Source of the DNA: Eledone cirrhosa
Lineage: Eukaryota
DNA: 64,000 nucleotides
Assembly (NCBI GenBank): GCA_964016885.1
Contig: OZ024745.1
Location: 97,402,001-97,466,000, forward strand
Reading direction: 5' to 3'
Below the pieces are notes generated by a model that saw nothing but the letters and a program-made list of their open reading frames with translations, was not told the DNA's origin and did not search any database. How positions within the stretch are numbered: the stretch's first letter is position 1; the number at the start of each line of letters is the position of its first letter. Positions 26,437 through 39,749 of this stretch are shown piece by piece. The position numbers and the translations under genes are program-made.

Positions 26437-26808
26437 GCACCCCATCCGCCAACAAGTAATCGCTGTTTTCTTTTGTATAAGTGCTTATATTTGCTGTATC
26501 CGTGTGCTATTTTTGTCCTTTTGACAATACCACCTACACCTCTGAGGTTGCTTTTGCTATACGTTATAAATGTTCGATGTCTCCGTTTTCCGTATTTATA
26601 TGTTGCTATAACGCTTTGCTATCAATGTTCCGTAGTTTTAACCTAATTAATCTACTTTTCCCTACATCTTATTTACACATTGTTTTGACATTCCAGCGTG
26701 ATCTTGCCAAGGCCGTTTTTGTGGCCACCGACTGTTACATGCTTTTCTAGGTTACAATCTCAAATAAGAAGCAAAACAAATACAACACGCCAAAGTGGTG
26801 TGAAGGAC

Positions 26809-27215
26809 TTCTTAAGGGCCACCACCTCTAATCGGAGTCGTCTTTGCTGACAGCTCTGCCGCTGGGACTTTTAAGAGTGAACGATCGAAGGCCCTCTTCA
26901 GGGCCGCCAAGTTTAAATTGTTACCATCGAATTCATCTTTGCTGGCAGCACCGCCGCTGAGATATTTCAAAGTGAACGTTAAAAGATCCTCTTCAGGGCC
27001 ACCAACTACAAATTGTAATCGCTGGATTCGTCTTTGCTAGCAGCACCGCCACTGAGACTTTTAAGAGTGAACGATCCAAGGCTCTCTTTAGGGCCACCAA
27101 CTTTAAATTGTTACCATCGGATTCGTCTTTGCTGGCAGCACCGCCGCAGAGATATTTCAAAGTGAACGTTCAAGGGCCCTCTTTAGGGCCAACACCTATA
27201 AATTGTTACTTCTAT
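26809..27215. repeat. 95-bp tandem repeat in the Helitron 3' region, ~4.5 copies
   Basis: CTCTT(C/T)AGGGCC at 26894, 26989, 27084, 27179. Confidence 0.9.
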
Positions 27216-27562
27216 AGTCGTGTTTAACGGAAGTCTTTCGGTTAATTTGAACGACTACTCCATTGAGAGTTATACCGGGAAACGCCGGGTACCTCTGCTA
27301 GTATATATATAAGACAGAAAGAATTTTCGAACACCAGTTAGATGCGAGAGACCACAGCAGAAACACAAGCCCTCCATCTCAATTTTACTTTTTATAATCA
27401 TAAGAATTATGAAACCGATAAAGTAAATGAATATTCGTAAGACTCCAGTTGTATTTTCAAATTCTTTTCCTTATACATATATATATACATATATATACAC
27501 ATACACACACACACACACACATATATATAATATATAATATATATATTATATATATATATATA

Positions 27563-27621
<59 letters not shown>

Positions 27622-28328
27622 TATGAAGAGAGAAGAAACATTTAGATATAATTAGTAATAAAATGTATCATACCTAAACTGCTCCTAAATTCCTCGACTA
27701 TATATATATATAAGAAACCAACAGAAATCAAAGATGTTTTCAAATTCGTTGAAATCTAGTCCATTCACCGAGAGAAACTATTCAACTGCTCCCCATTGAC
27801 ACAATTACATTCATCTAAATAGAGATGGAAATGGTATATAAACATTTTCCTTTTTTCGTTTTTTTAATATATTAGATTATTGCCATACACGATTGCTACT
27901 CATTCAGAAATTTTAATTCAAGACTATCAGAGATTATCATTGTTTCCAGTGGAGCTTCAGAATAATCCCTAAATTTGTACACTAATCTGTAAATGTTACA
28001 TTGATTTGATTGAAGTCTCCTATATTTCTCTGTAAAAAATCAACTTAGAAAGATTTGACGGTAGAGAAAGAAAACGCGATTGTGAATGTTTTCTTATAAA
28101 TTATATATAAACAAATTTCATGAAAAATGCGTTCATAAAATGAAACTCCAGCTTTGAATGTCAATATGTAGACTTTATAAAAATGTAAAGCTATTGAATA
28201 TCTATATATATAAGTGTTCAATCGTTAGTTAAAATGAAAGTGAATCTATACTGAAGATTTCTATTGAGAGCTAGCTAAAATATTTAGTGGCTTTATGTTT
28301 TATAGATTTGAACTGAAATCGTTTTTTA

Positions 28329-28805
28329 TTAATAATTGCTTCTACTTTTGCCACAAGGCCAACAATTATCCCAGTGCATTACTGGTATTTTATTTTATTG
28401 ACCCCGTAAGGTAAAGTTAACCTCGGACCGTAAAGGGCCAAAACTCTATTCTGCAAAGCATAGCGTCTGACCCACTACCGATACTACCAATCCATCACCC
28501 CTTTCTTATTAATTTTAATTCTTATGAATAATTGTTTCTACTTTTGGCACAAGGCCAGCAATTACCCCAGTGCATTACTGGTACTTTATTTTATCGACCC
28601 CGTAAGGATGAAAGGCAAAGTTAACCTCGGAGGGATTTGAACTCAGACCGTAAAGGGCGTAACTCTGTGCTACAAAGCAAGGAGTCCGACCCTCTACCGA
28701 TACTGCCGAAGGGTAGTGGTTTGGCGGAATTGGTAGAGTGTCAGGTAAAATGCCGTTGCGGTATTTGTTTTCGTTCTTTATATTCTGAATTCAAATTTTA
28801 CCAGC
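28329..28805. mobile_element. SINE cluster: two minus-strand copies plus a plus-strand head
   Basis: Core motifs at ~28380-28425 and ~28575-28645; plus-strand head from ~28712. Confidence 0.8.
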
Positions 28806-28906
28806 AGGACCCGCTTAGCAAAAGGCAGCCGAAGACAAATGGTTAGAACCAGTACAAGTGAGCACAGTCATCAGCAGTACTCACTTAGCAGAAGTTCAAA
28901 TCCATG

Positions 28907-29250
28907 TGGTAAATGAAAATTGGTGTTTCTCCGAAGTAATCCCTAACCTACCGACCATGATAAATTAATATAAGGCAATAAACTAATGCGAAATAATTTA
29001 TTCCAAATTAGGGTTAGGGTTAGTTGTTAAGGTTAATCCGAACTAATTTATTTCAAATTAAGGTTCGGATTATGTTTAATTAATTTTTTCTGTTTGTATA
29101 GCTAGCAATCTAGAGTCAATTAATTACAGAAAATTGATTGAATTAACCCTAATTTGTAATAAAATATTTCGGATTATATTATCGTCTTATCTATGTTAAT
29201 TCACCATAGGGGCGGGGATCTATTCTGGAGAAGCACTGAAATATCTACCA
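28907..29250. mobile_element. Degenerate foldback MITE carrying TTAGGG-like motifs
   Basis: ~110-bp imperfect inverted arms (GGTAAAT..GTGTTTCTCC..CGAAATAATTTTATTCCAAATTAGGGTTA vs TAACCCTAATTTGTAATAAAATATTTCG..GGAGAAGCAC..ATCTACC). Confidence 0.6.
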
Positions 29251-30128
29251 GTAATATATTAGAGTCGAGTGAGGACTCAGAATTAAAAGAAACTACAAGG
29301 CGTTGAAAAAAACTGTCTTATGGAAAATAATTTTCCCTTGTACATCCCGAATTTCGAACGAATTACTTTACTCTGGGTTAGATAGAATAAGTATTAGCTC
29401 TGAGAGTAGAGCTGCGCAACAGAAAATCGATATGTTGGAGTCGAGTCAATCAACTAAATTGACATACAGACAAGAAAGAAATTCTATGTATCGGGTGAGT
29501 TCACGAATAGTTCATGAATGTTTCACTTATCTCCTCCCTTCCTCTATAAATATATAGCTTAGATGCTGATCAAATGATAAAAATGATAAATGCGTTCCCC
29601 AGCAACATGGGTTCAGAAAGGTTGATACTTAACTGTAGGTTGAGGAGAGTTAAGCGGATGAGAAATGATCAGATAAATGAAGTGAGGCGAGTAAAATTAT
29701 ACTTTCTTCCCAGAGACATAGTGAAACACCTGCAGCAGGTATGACTTTACAGCTGATGGAGCTGTTAACTGTATATATATCATCTATAAAGATATTTCAT
29801 CTATAGAGTAGTGGATTGGCAAAACCGTTAGCAGTGTCGGGAAATGTTTTTATGTATTTATTCTGGCTTTTTACGTTCTGAGTTCAAATCTCACTGAGGT
29901 CAACTTTGCTTTACGTTCTGGTAGATTTCATTTGGAAACAACATGTAATGGGTTAGCATGATTCAGTTGACAGCTGAAGAGTTACATCGGTTGCGGCATA
30001 CTGATGTCACGGTGTTTCTGTCTGTACAGTATATCATAGACAACGCAACACACACACACACACACACACAGCCCACATTTCATTAAAATATATTTACTCC
30101 CTGTCTTATTCTCCCTGCCTCACAAAAA

Positions 30129-30316
30129 TATTGTTTCAACTTTTGGCACAAGGCCAGCAATTATCCCAGTGTATTACTAGTGCTTTATTTTTATCGACCC
30201 CGTAAGGATGAAAGGCAAAGTTAACCTCGGCGGGATTTGAACTTAGACCATAAAGAGCCGTAACTCTTTGCTGCAAAGCATGGTGTCTGACGCTCTAATG
30301 ATTCTGCCAATCCACC
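30129..30316 (-). mobile_element. tRNA-derived SINE with Nin/Deu-like core
   Basis: Reverse complement of the adjacent plus-strand copy. Confidence 0.85.
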
Positions 30317-30445
30317 CCTCACAAAAATATGGTTCCCTGTTAGAAACACTGCTCTATTGAAACCTACCTGTATTGTCTAATCATTTTATTTCACAATGGC
30401 GAGATTGTTTTCTTTAAACTGCTTCATATTATATTAGTTTCTTAT

Positions 30446-30668
30446 GGCGGTGGATTGGCAGTATCGGTAGAGCGTCAGACACCATGCCTTGCAGCATAGA
30501 GTTATGGCCCTTTGCGTTCTGAGTTCAAATCCCGCCGAGGTTAACTTTGCCTTTCATCCTTACGGGGTCGATAAAATAAAGTACCAGTAATGCACTGGGG
30601 TCGATTTAATCGACTTTCCTCTCCCCCCAAATTACTGACCTTGTGTGCCTATTGTAGAAATCATTATT
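30446..30668 (+). mobile_element. Full-length tRNA-derived SINE with Nin/Deu-like core
   Basis: A-box TGGCAGTATCGG (30456), B-box GAGTTCAAATCC (30521), core GCCTTTCATCCTTACGGGGTCGATAAAATAAAGTACCAG, ATT-type tail. Confidence 0.9.
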
Positions 30669-30928
30669 TTCTCCCTTAAATATTCAACAAATATAAAGAG
30701 CCTCTACGTGGTCACACGACTTGCTAGATATAGCATGGAAACCTTCTTCAAACTACAGTATACTATCTTGAAAATAATGGTATACGATGAACGGTAGCGT
30801 AGCGTGAGGAGAGGGAGGGAGCGTCCGCCCCGGACGACGACTTTATGGCGGCGGCACTTTTGGGTTTGCTGTAGGCTATAGGCGTTCTTTTAATGCTTCA
30901 GCATAATATTATAATTGTACACAGACTA

Positions 30929-32651
30929 GTCTGTGGCCTACTCCAATGCCACGGAACACCCGCCAATCGCCTTAGAGTCGAAAAAAGAACTATCTTCATC
31001 TTACAGACCCCCACTCTCCCCGGCCTGAACTCCCCACCCTTATTCCTTTAGCCTTCGACCGCCTCCCTCCCCCCACACTTATCCCCCACTAACACCACTA
31101 ACACACCCCTCCTTTTCACCGCCCACCCCACAACTAACAATACTAACACCTCCACTCCACCCCTCATCCGACCACCCTTCCCCAACTAACATACTAACAT
31201 CCCTCCCTTCTTCTCCTCCCCCCCCCTCCTTATCACACGCACACACCCACCGGCACATATATACACGCGCTCACACTAAACACACACCCTACTACCACCC
31301 ACTAACCCTCACCCCCACACCTCCATCTCACCACCCCGCAACTAACCTCACTAACACCCCCTGACCCCAAGCACACGAACACACGCACCCACTTACACCA
31401 CCCACCCCACACGCAACTAACATCACTAACACCCCCTAACCCCACGCACACGTACCCACACACCCTCGTACACCACCAACTCTACACACCCTACCACCAC
31501 TAGCACCCACTCACACCTACATTCAACCCTTCCCCACCTCCCGTATACTAACACCCACTAACACCCCCTTCATCAAACTACACACACACCAGTACACCAC
31601 ACTCCCTCCATAGAACTACACACACCCTTCTCTCCCCGCTCCACCCACACCCTCGCTCCACACTCACTCATCCCACTAACACCTCTACTAATACACACAC
31701 ACACCCTCCTCACTCCAACTTTCACACCTACCCATCCTCGCCCCTTTACCATTCCACCGACTGCTGCTATGCCCTCTGACCACCTCCCAGCACAAACAGA
31801 CACACAGCACTCCCACCGCTTGACCACTTCCTGTTGCGCGCTTACCCCACATCTCTCCTCTTCCGACCATCTCTTCATGGAATACTCGTATGTGGAACTT
31901 GACCACCACGGAATCTACTAAACATTATAGGAATTTACCAACATTTCAACCATCCTCTTACGGAATCACCTATATAACTCACACACACACACACCCCAAA
32001 AAAATTTTTCTCCTACACCCACAACACGCTTAAACCCCACACACACGTGCTTTCCACCACATATTTACACCCTCAGCCTCCTGATTCCTCTGCCCCCACC
32101 CCTCTATCCACACACGCACAGACACTCCGACCTACAAACCACCACCCCCCACACACACACATCTCTTCCTGAACATGCAACCCCGTTCTTCCCCCAACCC
32201 TTACTTTCACATACACACACACGCACACACACGTACACCTACACACACACACCACCTTCAGCCCTCCCCACTCGGACACCCCGTCTCCCTCTCCCCACTC
32301 CACCCGCCACCACCCCTACACACCCCACACCCTTCCACCACCTGTTTACCCCTTTTTAATTTCAGTTTATTTTGATCATGCTTTTATATTTAATTTGATT
32401 TCATTCCTTGTATTTTGATCATGCTTTATTTTTATTTTTATTTTTTATTTCATTCGCACCGTTTCCTTTCGCTATATGTCTCTCCACCACTCCCCTACAC
32501 ACCCTTTGAACTCTGTTCCCACACACTTCTCACCTGAGGAAGGGCTTATGCCCGAAACGTCGTTCCCCACCACCACCCCACTCTCCAGAGCGTGAAATTA
32601 ATAAACATTCGTTGTACTGCCTCTCTGTTTTGTTACTGTTCAAATTTTTCC

Positions 32652-32652
<1 letters not shown>
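30929..32652 (+). mobile_element. 3' remnant of a Neptune-like Penelope element
   Basis: 30929-31051 encodes VCGLLQCHGTPANRLRVEKRTIFILQTPTLPGLNSPPLFL* (GIY-YIG C-terminus, E..IF.L.T..P.GLN); then a C/A-rich 3' region, hammerhead at 32534, AATAAA and (TA)n. Confidence 0.75.
32531..32564 (+). ncRNA. Minimal hammerhead ribozyme motif
   Basis: CTGAGGA-A, stem II GGGC-TTAT-GCCC, GAAA-CG-TC; stem I reduced to AC/GT. Confidence 0.65.
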
Positions 32653-32736
<84 letters not shown>

Positions 32737-33123
32737 ATACTTGGCGAGGGTCATATTGTTGTAATAATATTGCCAGAAATAATAACAGAATACACTAACT
32801 GTTTGGTTGGTTTTCGCTTCTCTATCTTTTATATCTCCATAGTTAATTTATTTGGCAATCAACGTTTATCGTTGATTGACCAACGGTTAAAAATACAGAT
32901 ATATATGTATATAGTCTATCAAAGTTCTTTCGTTGCACATCTGCAACATCATCAGTGGTACTATTATGCTCCCCCCTATTGTATTGTATTGTATCATATA
33001 TGGAAAAAGCAAACATTGAACCAAACTCAATATAAGTTGGACACCCTGTATGTATGTATCTATACGCATATAGAGATGTGTATACTTCCTCATTTAATAT
33101 ATATATATATACATATATATATC

Positions 33124-33175
<52 letters not shown>

Positions 33176-35216
33176 TAACTATATATATATTAAGAGCAAT
33201 ATGTATTTTTTGTGAAGGGCTGCCCCCGGGCGGCGCGCACCCTAGCTACGTCACTGGCAATGAACAATGTCGTAATTCTAGATACATAATAACAAAGAGA
33301 AGAACGAAATGGAGATGGTTCCGACGATGAGTGTTCATGTAATTAACATGTATGTGTCTGAGCATTCTACAGACACATGTAGCCTTGACTTAGTTCTCAG
33401 GGAGATTCAGTATTACACATTATATGGCAAAACTCTCCCTTGAATTACAAGTACAACTTATTTTTGTCATCTAAGTGGACTGAAGGAACTTGAAATGAAT
33501 TTTCTTGCTCAAGGACACAATACAACACCAGGAATCGAACTCACAGCCTTACGTCCGTGAGCTGAGCACCGTAATTACTAAGACAAACACATTGCCAGAA
33601 TCATTTTGTAGAAAGTACAAAAGCTGACAGAATATATAAGAGAGAAAAGGAGAACGAATTATTTAGGGAGTGAGTAAGTTAGAGAGAGAGGGGGTAGGAA
33701 TGCGTAAGTGAGAGATAGAGAGATAGAGTCAGTGAATGAGAGATTCCGTGGATGAAGAAGGGAGTTGGTGAAGGATTTTCAGGATTAGAGAGAAATAAAG
33801 AAACAAATAGACAAACAAAGAGAAGGGGCATGTTGTGAAAAAACTAGGAAACATTGGAGAGAAAATTGGAAAGGCTGGTCTGATTGATGGAAATCTACAT
33901 AAAACGTTAGGAAAATTGCAATACGTCATGCAATCCCTAACGAGTTGTGAGGTGAAATTAAGTTTTTTAGGTCATCTGCTATCCAATAACATGTCATCAC
34001 AGGACAGTATTTATTTATGCTATTTATTCATAATCAAAACTACATTTGCTTATTTTGTTCTGATATTTTCTAGATTAGACTACATAGGAGAATTTGTCTA
34101 TACAACATTCACCTTGCTCTTCCTAATGAGTTGAGAAGGATAAGAAAAGATTAGTTTAGAGCTGATTTCCACTAACATAGCCCAACATTTGTGATTAGTA
34201 CAAGAGCTGATATATGAAAAAAGGTTGGGGTGGGGTTAAAACATTAATCCTATAGGAAGTAAGCTATACTTAGCTATTTAAGAGTCAACGGCACAGCCTG
34301 CGGATAAAAGGGTTGAATTATTTATTAAGTTCAGAAAAGAAAATAGCAATAATTTCCCCAAATGTGATTCTAATATAAGAAATATGGAGAAGGATTGCTT
34401 TTATATGAGAAATCAATGATCTGATTTTGAAAATGATTAGTTGATGCAGACTGGTGAAGGCATGTGGCTTAGTGGTTAGTACGTTCAGTTGACACTTGTA
34501 AAATTGTTCCATTTTCGAACTGGTCTTCCTTGCGTTGTGCTCTTCAGCAAGACACTTTATTTTCCGATGCCCCAGTCCACTCAGCGGTACCTGTAATTCA
34601 AAGGGCCAGTCTTGTCAAAGTATCAAGCTGAGTTTCCTAAGTGATTAAAGGAATTTATTTCAATCGGTCGAGAAAAATGAGTTGAACTTGAAATGGATCT
34701 GTGTCCTGTTCAAGAAGAGGTCTTGTACTCTCAGTAGGTTGACCCCCTGATAAAAACGGGTAAGCTCCTTTCAAATGAATTTCAAGACTAGAAACAACCC
34801 TTAACTATTTAAATTTTAATTCGGTTGGGAAAATGTTTTGTAATTCGCGTCTCGTGTGAAAGAGAGGTTTAAGGAATAGAAGAGGCTTGACTATAGAATA
34901 CAAACCCGATGTACAAAAACACATATAAATATATATATATATATATGTGTGCGTGTGTGTGTGTGTGCGTGTGTGTCGCTTTCACAGTAGAATCTGATTC
35001 TACTTGAATCCACTGTATGTAGTTTGGGCTGGTATTTCTAACAGACCAAGCAGCCGGTAAAAGTTGACAGGCAATTCAGAATAAGGTAAGTGATATAACA
35101 CCTAGATATATTCTCTGTAATACGACCATCAAGAAATTCCATGCTGCGAACAATTTTCATTCCCACCCCGAAACACACAAACACACACACACAGACACAC
35201 ACACACACACACACAG

Positions 35217-35248
<32 letters not shown>

Positions 35249-35274
35249 ACACAGACACACACAGACATACACAC

Positions 35275-35367
<93 letters not shown>

Positions 35368-35679
35368 CCCTCTTTCTCTCTCTCTCATGGCTAAGTCAGA
35401 GGAGGAATTGAAATTGTATGACCTCTGAGACTAATGGAGAAAAGGAGGCGAAGAAACCAAAACTGATATTCGAGGTAACACATCAGCATATCAAGTTTTC
35501 CTCAGACACGAGAGCTGGTCCAAATACTTGCAGGAAAGAAAAAAACCATTAAAGGCAGCCAAAAGGAGTTAAACTAGCTGACAGCTTAACCGTTTAGCAT
35601 TTAAACCGCCGTATCCAGTCAGAATTCTCTCACCTCTTTCTGTTCGAACTGGTTGTAGCTGGCCGCTTATACGTTAAGG

Positions 35680-38600
35680 CCGCGAGATCTTAAGTGTGCC
35701 GCGAAATTTTGAACGGCGCACTAAGAAAATGCGAAAAACCACGTGATCCCACTTGAGTATTCACAGTCGGTGGTGTAACATGTTGCAACCACATAGCTTT
35801 GTTCATTTATGGATGAGCGAAATGTTCCCAAATGTCGCAATGCTAAAAATTCTATATCTTTTATTGTTTCGCTCGTTATTAGTATTGATCATATGAATGG
35901 ATAGAAGGAAAAAAATTATATGATGCATCTTTTTTTCACTTTTATGCTAGAATCTACCTCTAAAACTGAGACAAATGATATATTTCTTTTTCCTCTAGTC
36001 CTAATTTTTGCTGAGATATGACCAAAGATGGTTGAAAAATAGTGTAATTTTCAGAGTTCTTTTGAGGAAATCCAAATAAGCTATGAAGATGCTTTTTTTA
36101 CATTTTTAGAATCAGAAAACCAGTCATTGTGTGGTAACAGAAGCCTTTTCTTTTGATATTTTGGAAAAAAAAAATTTTATCGTCATTAGTGTGCTGGACA
36201 GTAAAAAAAAATGAACAAAATCATTTTTTGGATAAAAGTGACTATAAAATTTTTTCAAGGCAGAATTTTTTTTAAAGGCTTCTGTCACAATGAAGCTACT
36301 ATTATAAAGAAGGTCTCATCAAAATTTCAAGCAAATCTATCGCGTAGATTTTCTGGAAAGAGTTTTGAAATTTTGAGAAGTACCCATTTTGAGAAAATTG
36401 CCTGTAAAGATTAGAAACACAAATGTCAGCTTCTACCTGTTTCGGAACAATCTATGGATGATTCCGATGATTTAGCTCAGAATTCTCTGGTTCATGCTAC
36501 TTAATGCGTCCATGTTAGCTTCCCTTTACATATATTTTGTCTTGTTTCATATAGCATAATTTCCTAATTTTCTGGTGGATTATCCCATCGGAAGAGTGAG
36601 TTTGGCCGCCATGTTTACATTGTGATGGGGGAAGGCGTGGTCACGTGATGTGCTGGACCAATCAGTGGGCGCCATTCGCCGAGTGTAGCCGAAGAGGAGG
36701 CTCGATGTGCATTTGCTTGTTCAATATGGGTCGATTTTCTGGCTTTTTACACCGGAGATTTCCAGTGTTTCATCATCTTATGCTAATGAGGGTATAGTAG
36801 AGGTCTGTAGCTGACTACTGGTGTGTGGAACATAGCAAAAATGGCGGCTTTACGATGTGTTGTCAGTGCTCAAACATTGACTATTTTTGTGCGTAATACA
36901 TCGAAAATTGATGATTTCCAGCTAGAAATGGTCTCATAAAACATCAATTTTAGGTAGGAAGACATATTTTTTATTGTTTTGCTGTGTTTGTACACGAAAG
37001 AGAAGACTTTGTGAGACCGAAAGACACTGTCATCTCAATATAGACAATCCTACAAAAACTGTCATATTGATATTTCATGACTCTTCACAATGGATAAATA
37101 TTTGAAAAGGAAAGATATTAGTGACGAGTCTAAGTCCAGAGGCGAACAACCATCAACCTCTATTGTCAAAAAGAGAAACATTAATCGACAATATTGTGAA
37201 AATTATTTGAAATTTGGATTTTATTGGTCTGGTGACATTGACAAACCAAGTCCATCATGCGTAGTGTGCGGTGAAACAATGTCAAATGAACCCATGGTAC
37301 CAAGTAAGTTAGAAAGACATTTTAATTCAAAACATTCATCTCTGAAAGATAAAAAGCTCGAATACTTTCAAAGATTGTTAGAGCAGAAATCAAAACAGCG
37401 AAGTTATTTTGAAAAAATTATAACCGTGTCTGAATGAACCCAACTAACGTCAAATCAGGTGGCTGAAATAATAGCATTAAAATCTAAATCCCACACGCTT
37501 GCTGAGTCAGTCATCCTCCCAGCTTGCAAAAGATGGTAAAACCCATGATTGGTGAAAAGGCTGAGAAGGAATTGAACAATATCCCGCTTTCAAATGATAC
37601 AATACGTAGAAGAATCCTAGATATATCGAAAAATATTGAAGACAATGTTCAGAAAAAGCTTAAGAATTCTAATTTTGCTTTAACCGTGGATGAATCCACT
37701 GACATCAGTAATAAAAGTCAATTGCTTGCATTTGTACGTTTTATTGACGAGAATGAAATAATCAATCAATTTTTGTGCTGTAGAGAAATGTCCACAACTA
37801 CAAGAGATCAAGATATTTTTGATTTGATAACAAGCTACCTCAAAGAAATGAATTTGTCTTGGAAGTCCTGTGTTGGCATTTGCACCGATGGAGCGCCATG
37901 TATGACAGGCTGTATTAAAGGATTTGTATCCTTCGTAGAAAAAGAAAATCCAAATCTCATTCGTACTCGTTGCTTTCTACAGAGAGAAGTTCTTGTTTCA
38001 AAAATATCGCAGGAAGATTTAAAGGTTGTGTTACATCAAGTTGTTGGAATGGTCAATTAAAAAGTAGGCCATTGAGGTCACGACTATTTGAACAACTGTG
38101 CAAAGATATGGACTCTCAGCGTGTTAAGTTATTAATGCACATTGAGGTTCGCTGGCTGTCGAAAGGCAAAGTACTAAATGTGTTCACGAACTGCACAAGG
38201 ACTTACTATTATTTTTTCTCCAGGAAAAGCAGAAGAAATTCTGTGAATACCTTAGTTGCGAATTTTGGATGTCTAAAATGGAATACCTAACAGAAATATT
38301 TAGTGAACTAAATAAAACAAGCAGTGGTATGCAAGGTAAAAACGAAAATATTCTCACTTCAACAGACAAGTTAGTTGCCCTCAAAAAGAAAATTGTGATT
38401 TGGAAAAAAAGAGCAATCACTGGCAATCTTGATATGGTCCCTTTATTGCGTTCTACCTGCATTAGAGAAATGATCCCTATTGTGGTTACTCATCTGACAG
38501 CCCTGCATCAACAATTACTTTCCGTCATTAAAGACAGAAAAGTATGATTGGATTAGAGATCCTTTCATAAATCATTCTTCCAACATTGAACTTGAGTTAC

Positions 38601-39142
38601 AGGAAGAATTGGCCACCCATTTTAGTGACCGAGGGTTAAAATTAAAACATTCGACTCTGCCCATTGATTCATTTTGGATTTCAATTCAAGAGGAGTATCC
38701 CATATTAGGTAAAAGAGCTTTAGCAATTTTATTACAATTTTCAACTTCTTATATATGTGAATTAGGCTTCTCAACATTAAACAACATCAAAAACAAGAAG
38801 CGTGAGAGATTACGTACGACGGAAGAAGACATGAGGGTGTGTCTGTCTCGTATTCGACCAAACATTGAGGAAATTATGAATAAAAGCCAGGCACAAATTT
38901 CTCACTAAAGAAGCCAGCTATTTAACTGATGAAATTCGAAACACTGCAATAAAGTAAGTTCATAGCTGTGTTTTTCTTTATTTAGTTTGAGTCATTCTAT
39001 GTGTCTACGGTTGTATGCCGTCTATGATTTACCATATTTTTATTTTGTAAAATTCAAATATTTTTCATATAACCAGGTGTGCCGCTATTTTTTCATGTGT
39101 TCCAAGTTGTGCCGTTGGCAAAAAAAAGGTTGAGAACCACTG
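35680..39142 (+). mobile_element. hAT transposon, Buster/Charlie family; left TIR missing
   Basis: Perfect 8-bp TSD CGTTAAGG at 35672-35679 and 39143-39150; right TIR GGTTGAGAACCACTG; subterminal GTGTGCCG repeats at both ends. Confidence 0.92.
37090..38908 (+). pseudogene. hAT (Buster-type) transposase, disrupted
   Basis: BED finger CVVC..PSKLERHFNSKH; IPLSNDTIRRRI; VDESTDI; ICTDGAP; RWLSKG; FSTSYICELGFS; ends QAQISH; several stops and frameshifts. Confidence 0.93.
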
Positions 39143-39749
39143 CGTTAAGGTATTGTTCTCAAAATAAATAGTATCAAAATCTCATAGATTCAATATTATG
39201 TGAGATAATTATAAGGGATAAAAGCTTTACTGTGAAAATATAATAGTATATATAGAGTAATGTAAATGGTAAAGGGTTAAATCACCACACAAGGACAAGT
39301 CAATAAGGTGGGATTCCATCCGCACGGTTTCCTTCTACTTAATTTCCTTCTGAAAGTTTGAGTCGAGCTGAAGATGTGATGTTCAAGGTGTCCCACATTG
39401 GTATCAAACCCAAAACCACGTGATTAGGAAGCATACTTCTTAACCATGTGGCCATGCCTGCATCTTTCGGGTTTCTTTTCGGTTGCTGTCTATATAAATT
39501 TCTCTCACTCACTCTCTACCCTCTCTCTTTCATTTACTACGTTCCCTCTCTTTCTCTCACTGCCTTTCTCTGTCTGTAAACATTTCTCTCTTACTAATTC
39601 CCTCTCTCTCAGCCATTCCACTACCGTGCGCAGCCCTAACATGGTTAGTGTTATTGCTGCTGACGCAGTTGTTGCAATTCTTATTTGTTGTGCTCATAAT
39701 TTTGGCATATATTATACTGGTTGGATGCCCTTCCTAACACCAGCACCAC

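Larger units (their letters stand above)
20169..27301 (+). mobile_element. Near full-length Helitron, decayed
   Basis: 5' (T)TATATATATATAAAAAAAAACAGATG; Rep-helicase coding region; 3' imperfect hairpin TACCGGGAAACGCCGGGTA and CTAG|T at 27298-27302. Confidence 0.95.
30792..33256. mobile_element. hAT-like MITE expanded by nested insertions
   Basis: Degenerate TIRs CGGTAGCGTAGC / GCTACGTCACTG; 8-bp TSD ACGATGAA / GCAATGAA (6 of 8 match). Confidence 0.7.
35590..39276. mobile_element. TTAA-flanked (piggyBac-like) MITE split by the hAT insertion
   Basis: TTAA|CCGTTTAGCATTTA ... TAAATGGTAAAGGG|TTAA. Confidence 0.7.

Noticed and set aside
30446-30535. tRNA gene
   Set aside because: A and B boxes belong to a multi-copy SINE head; no cloverleaf
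37090-38908. Domesticated ZBED-type host gene
   Set aside because: Multiple stops and frameshifts; a TIR and TSD are still present
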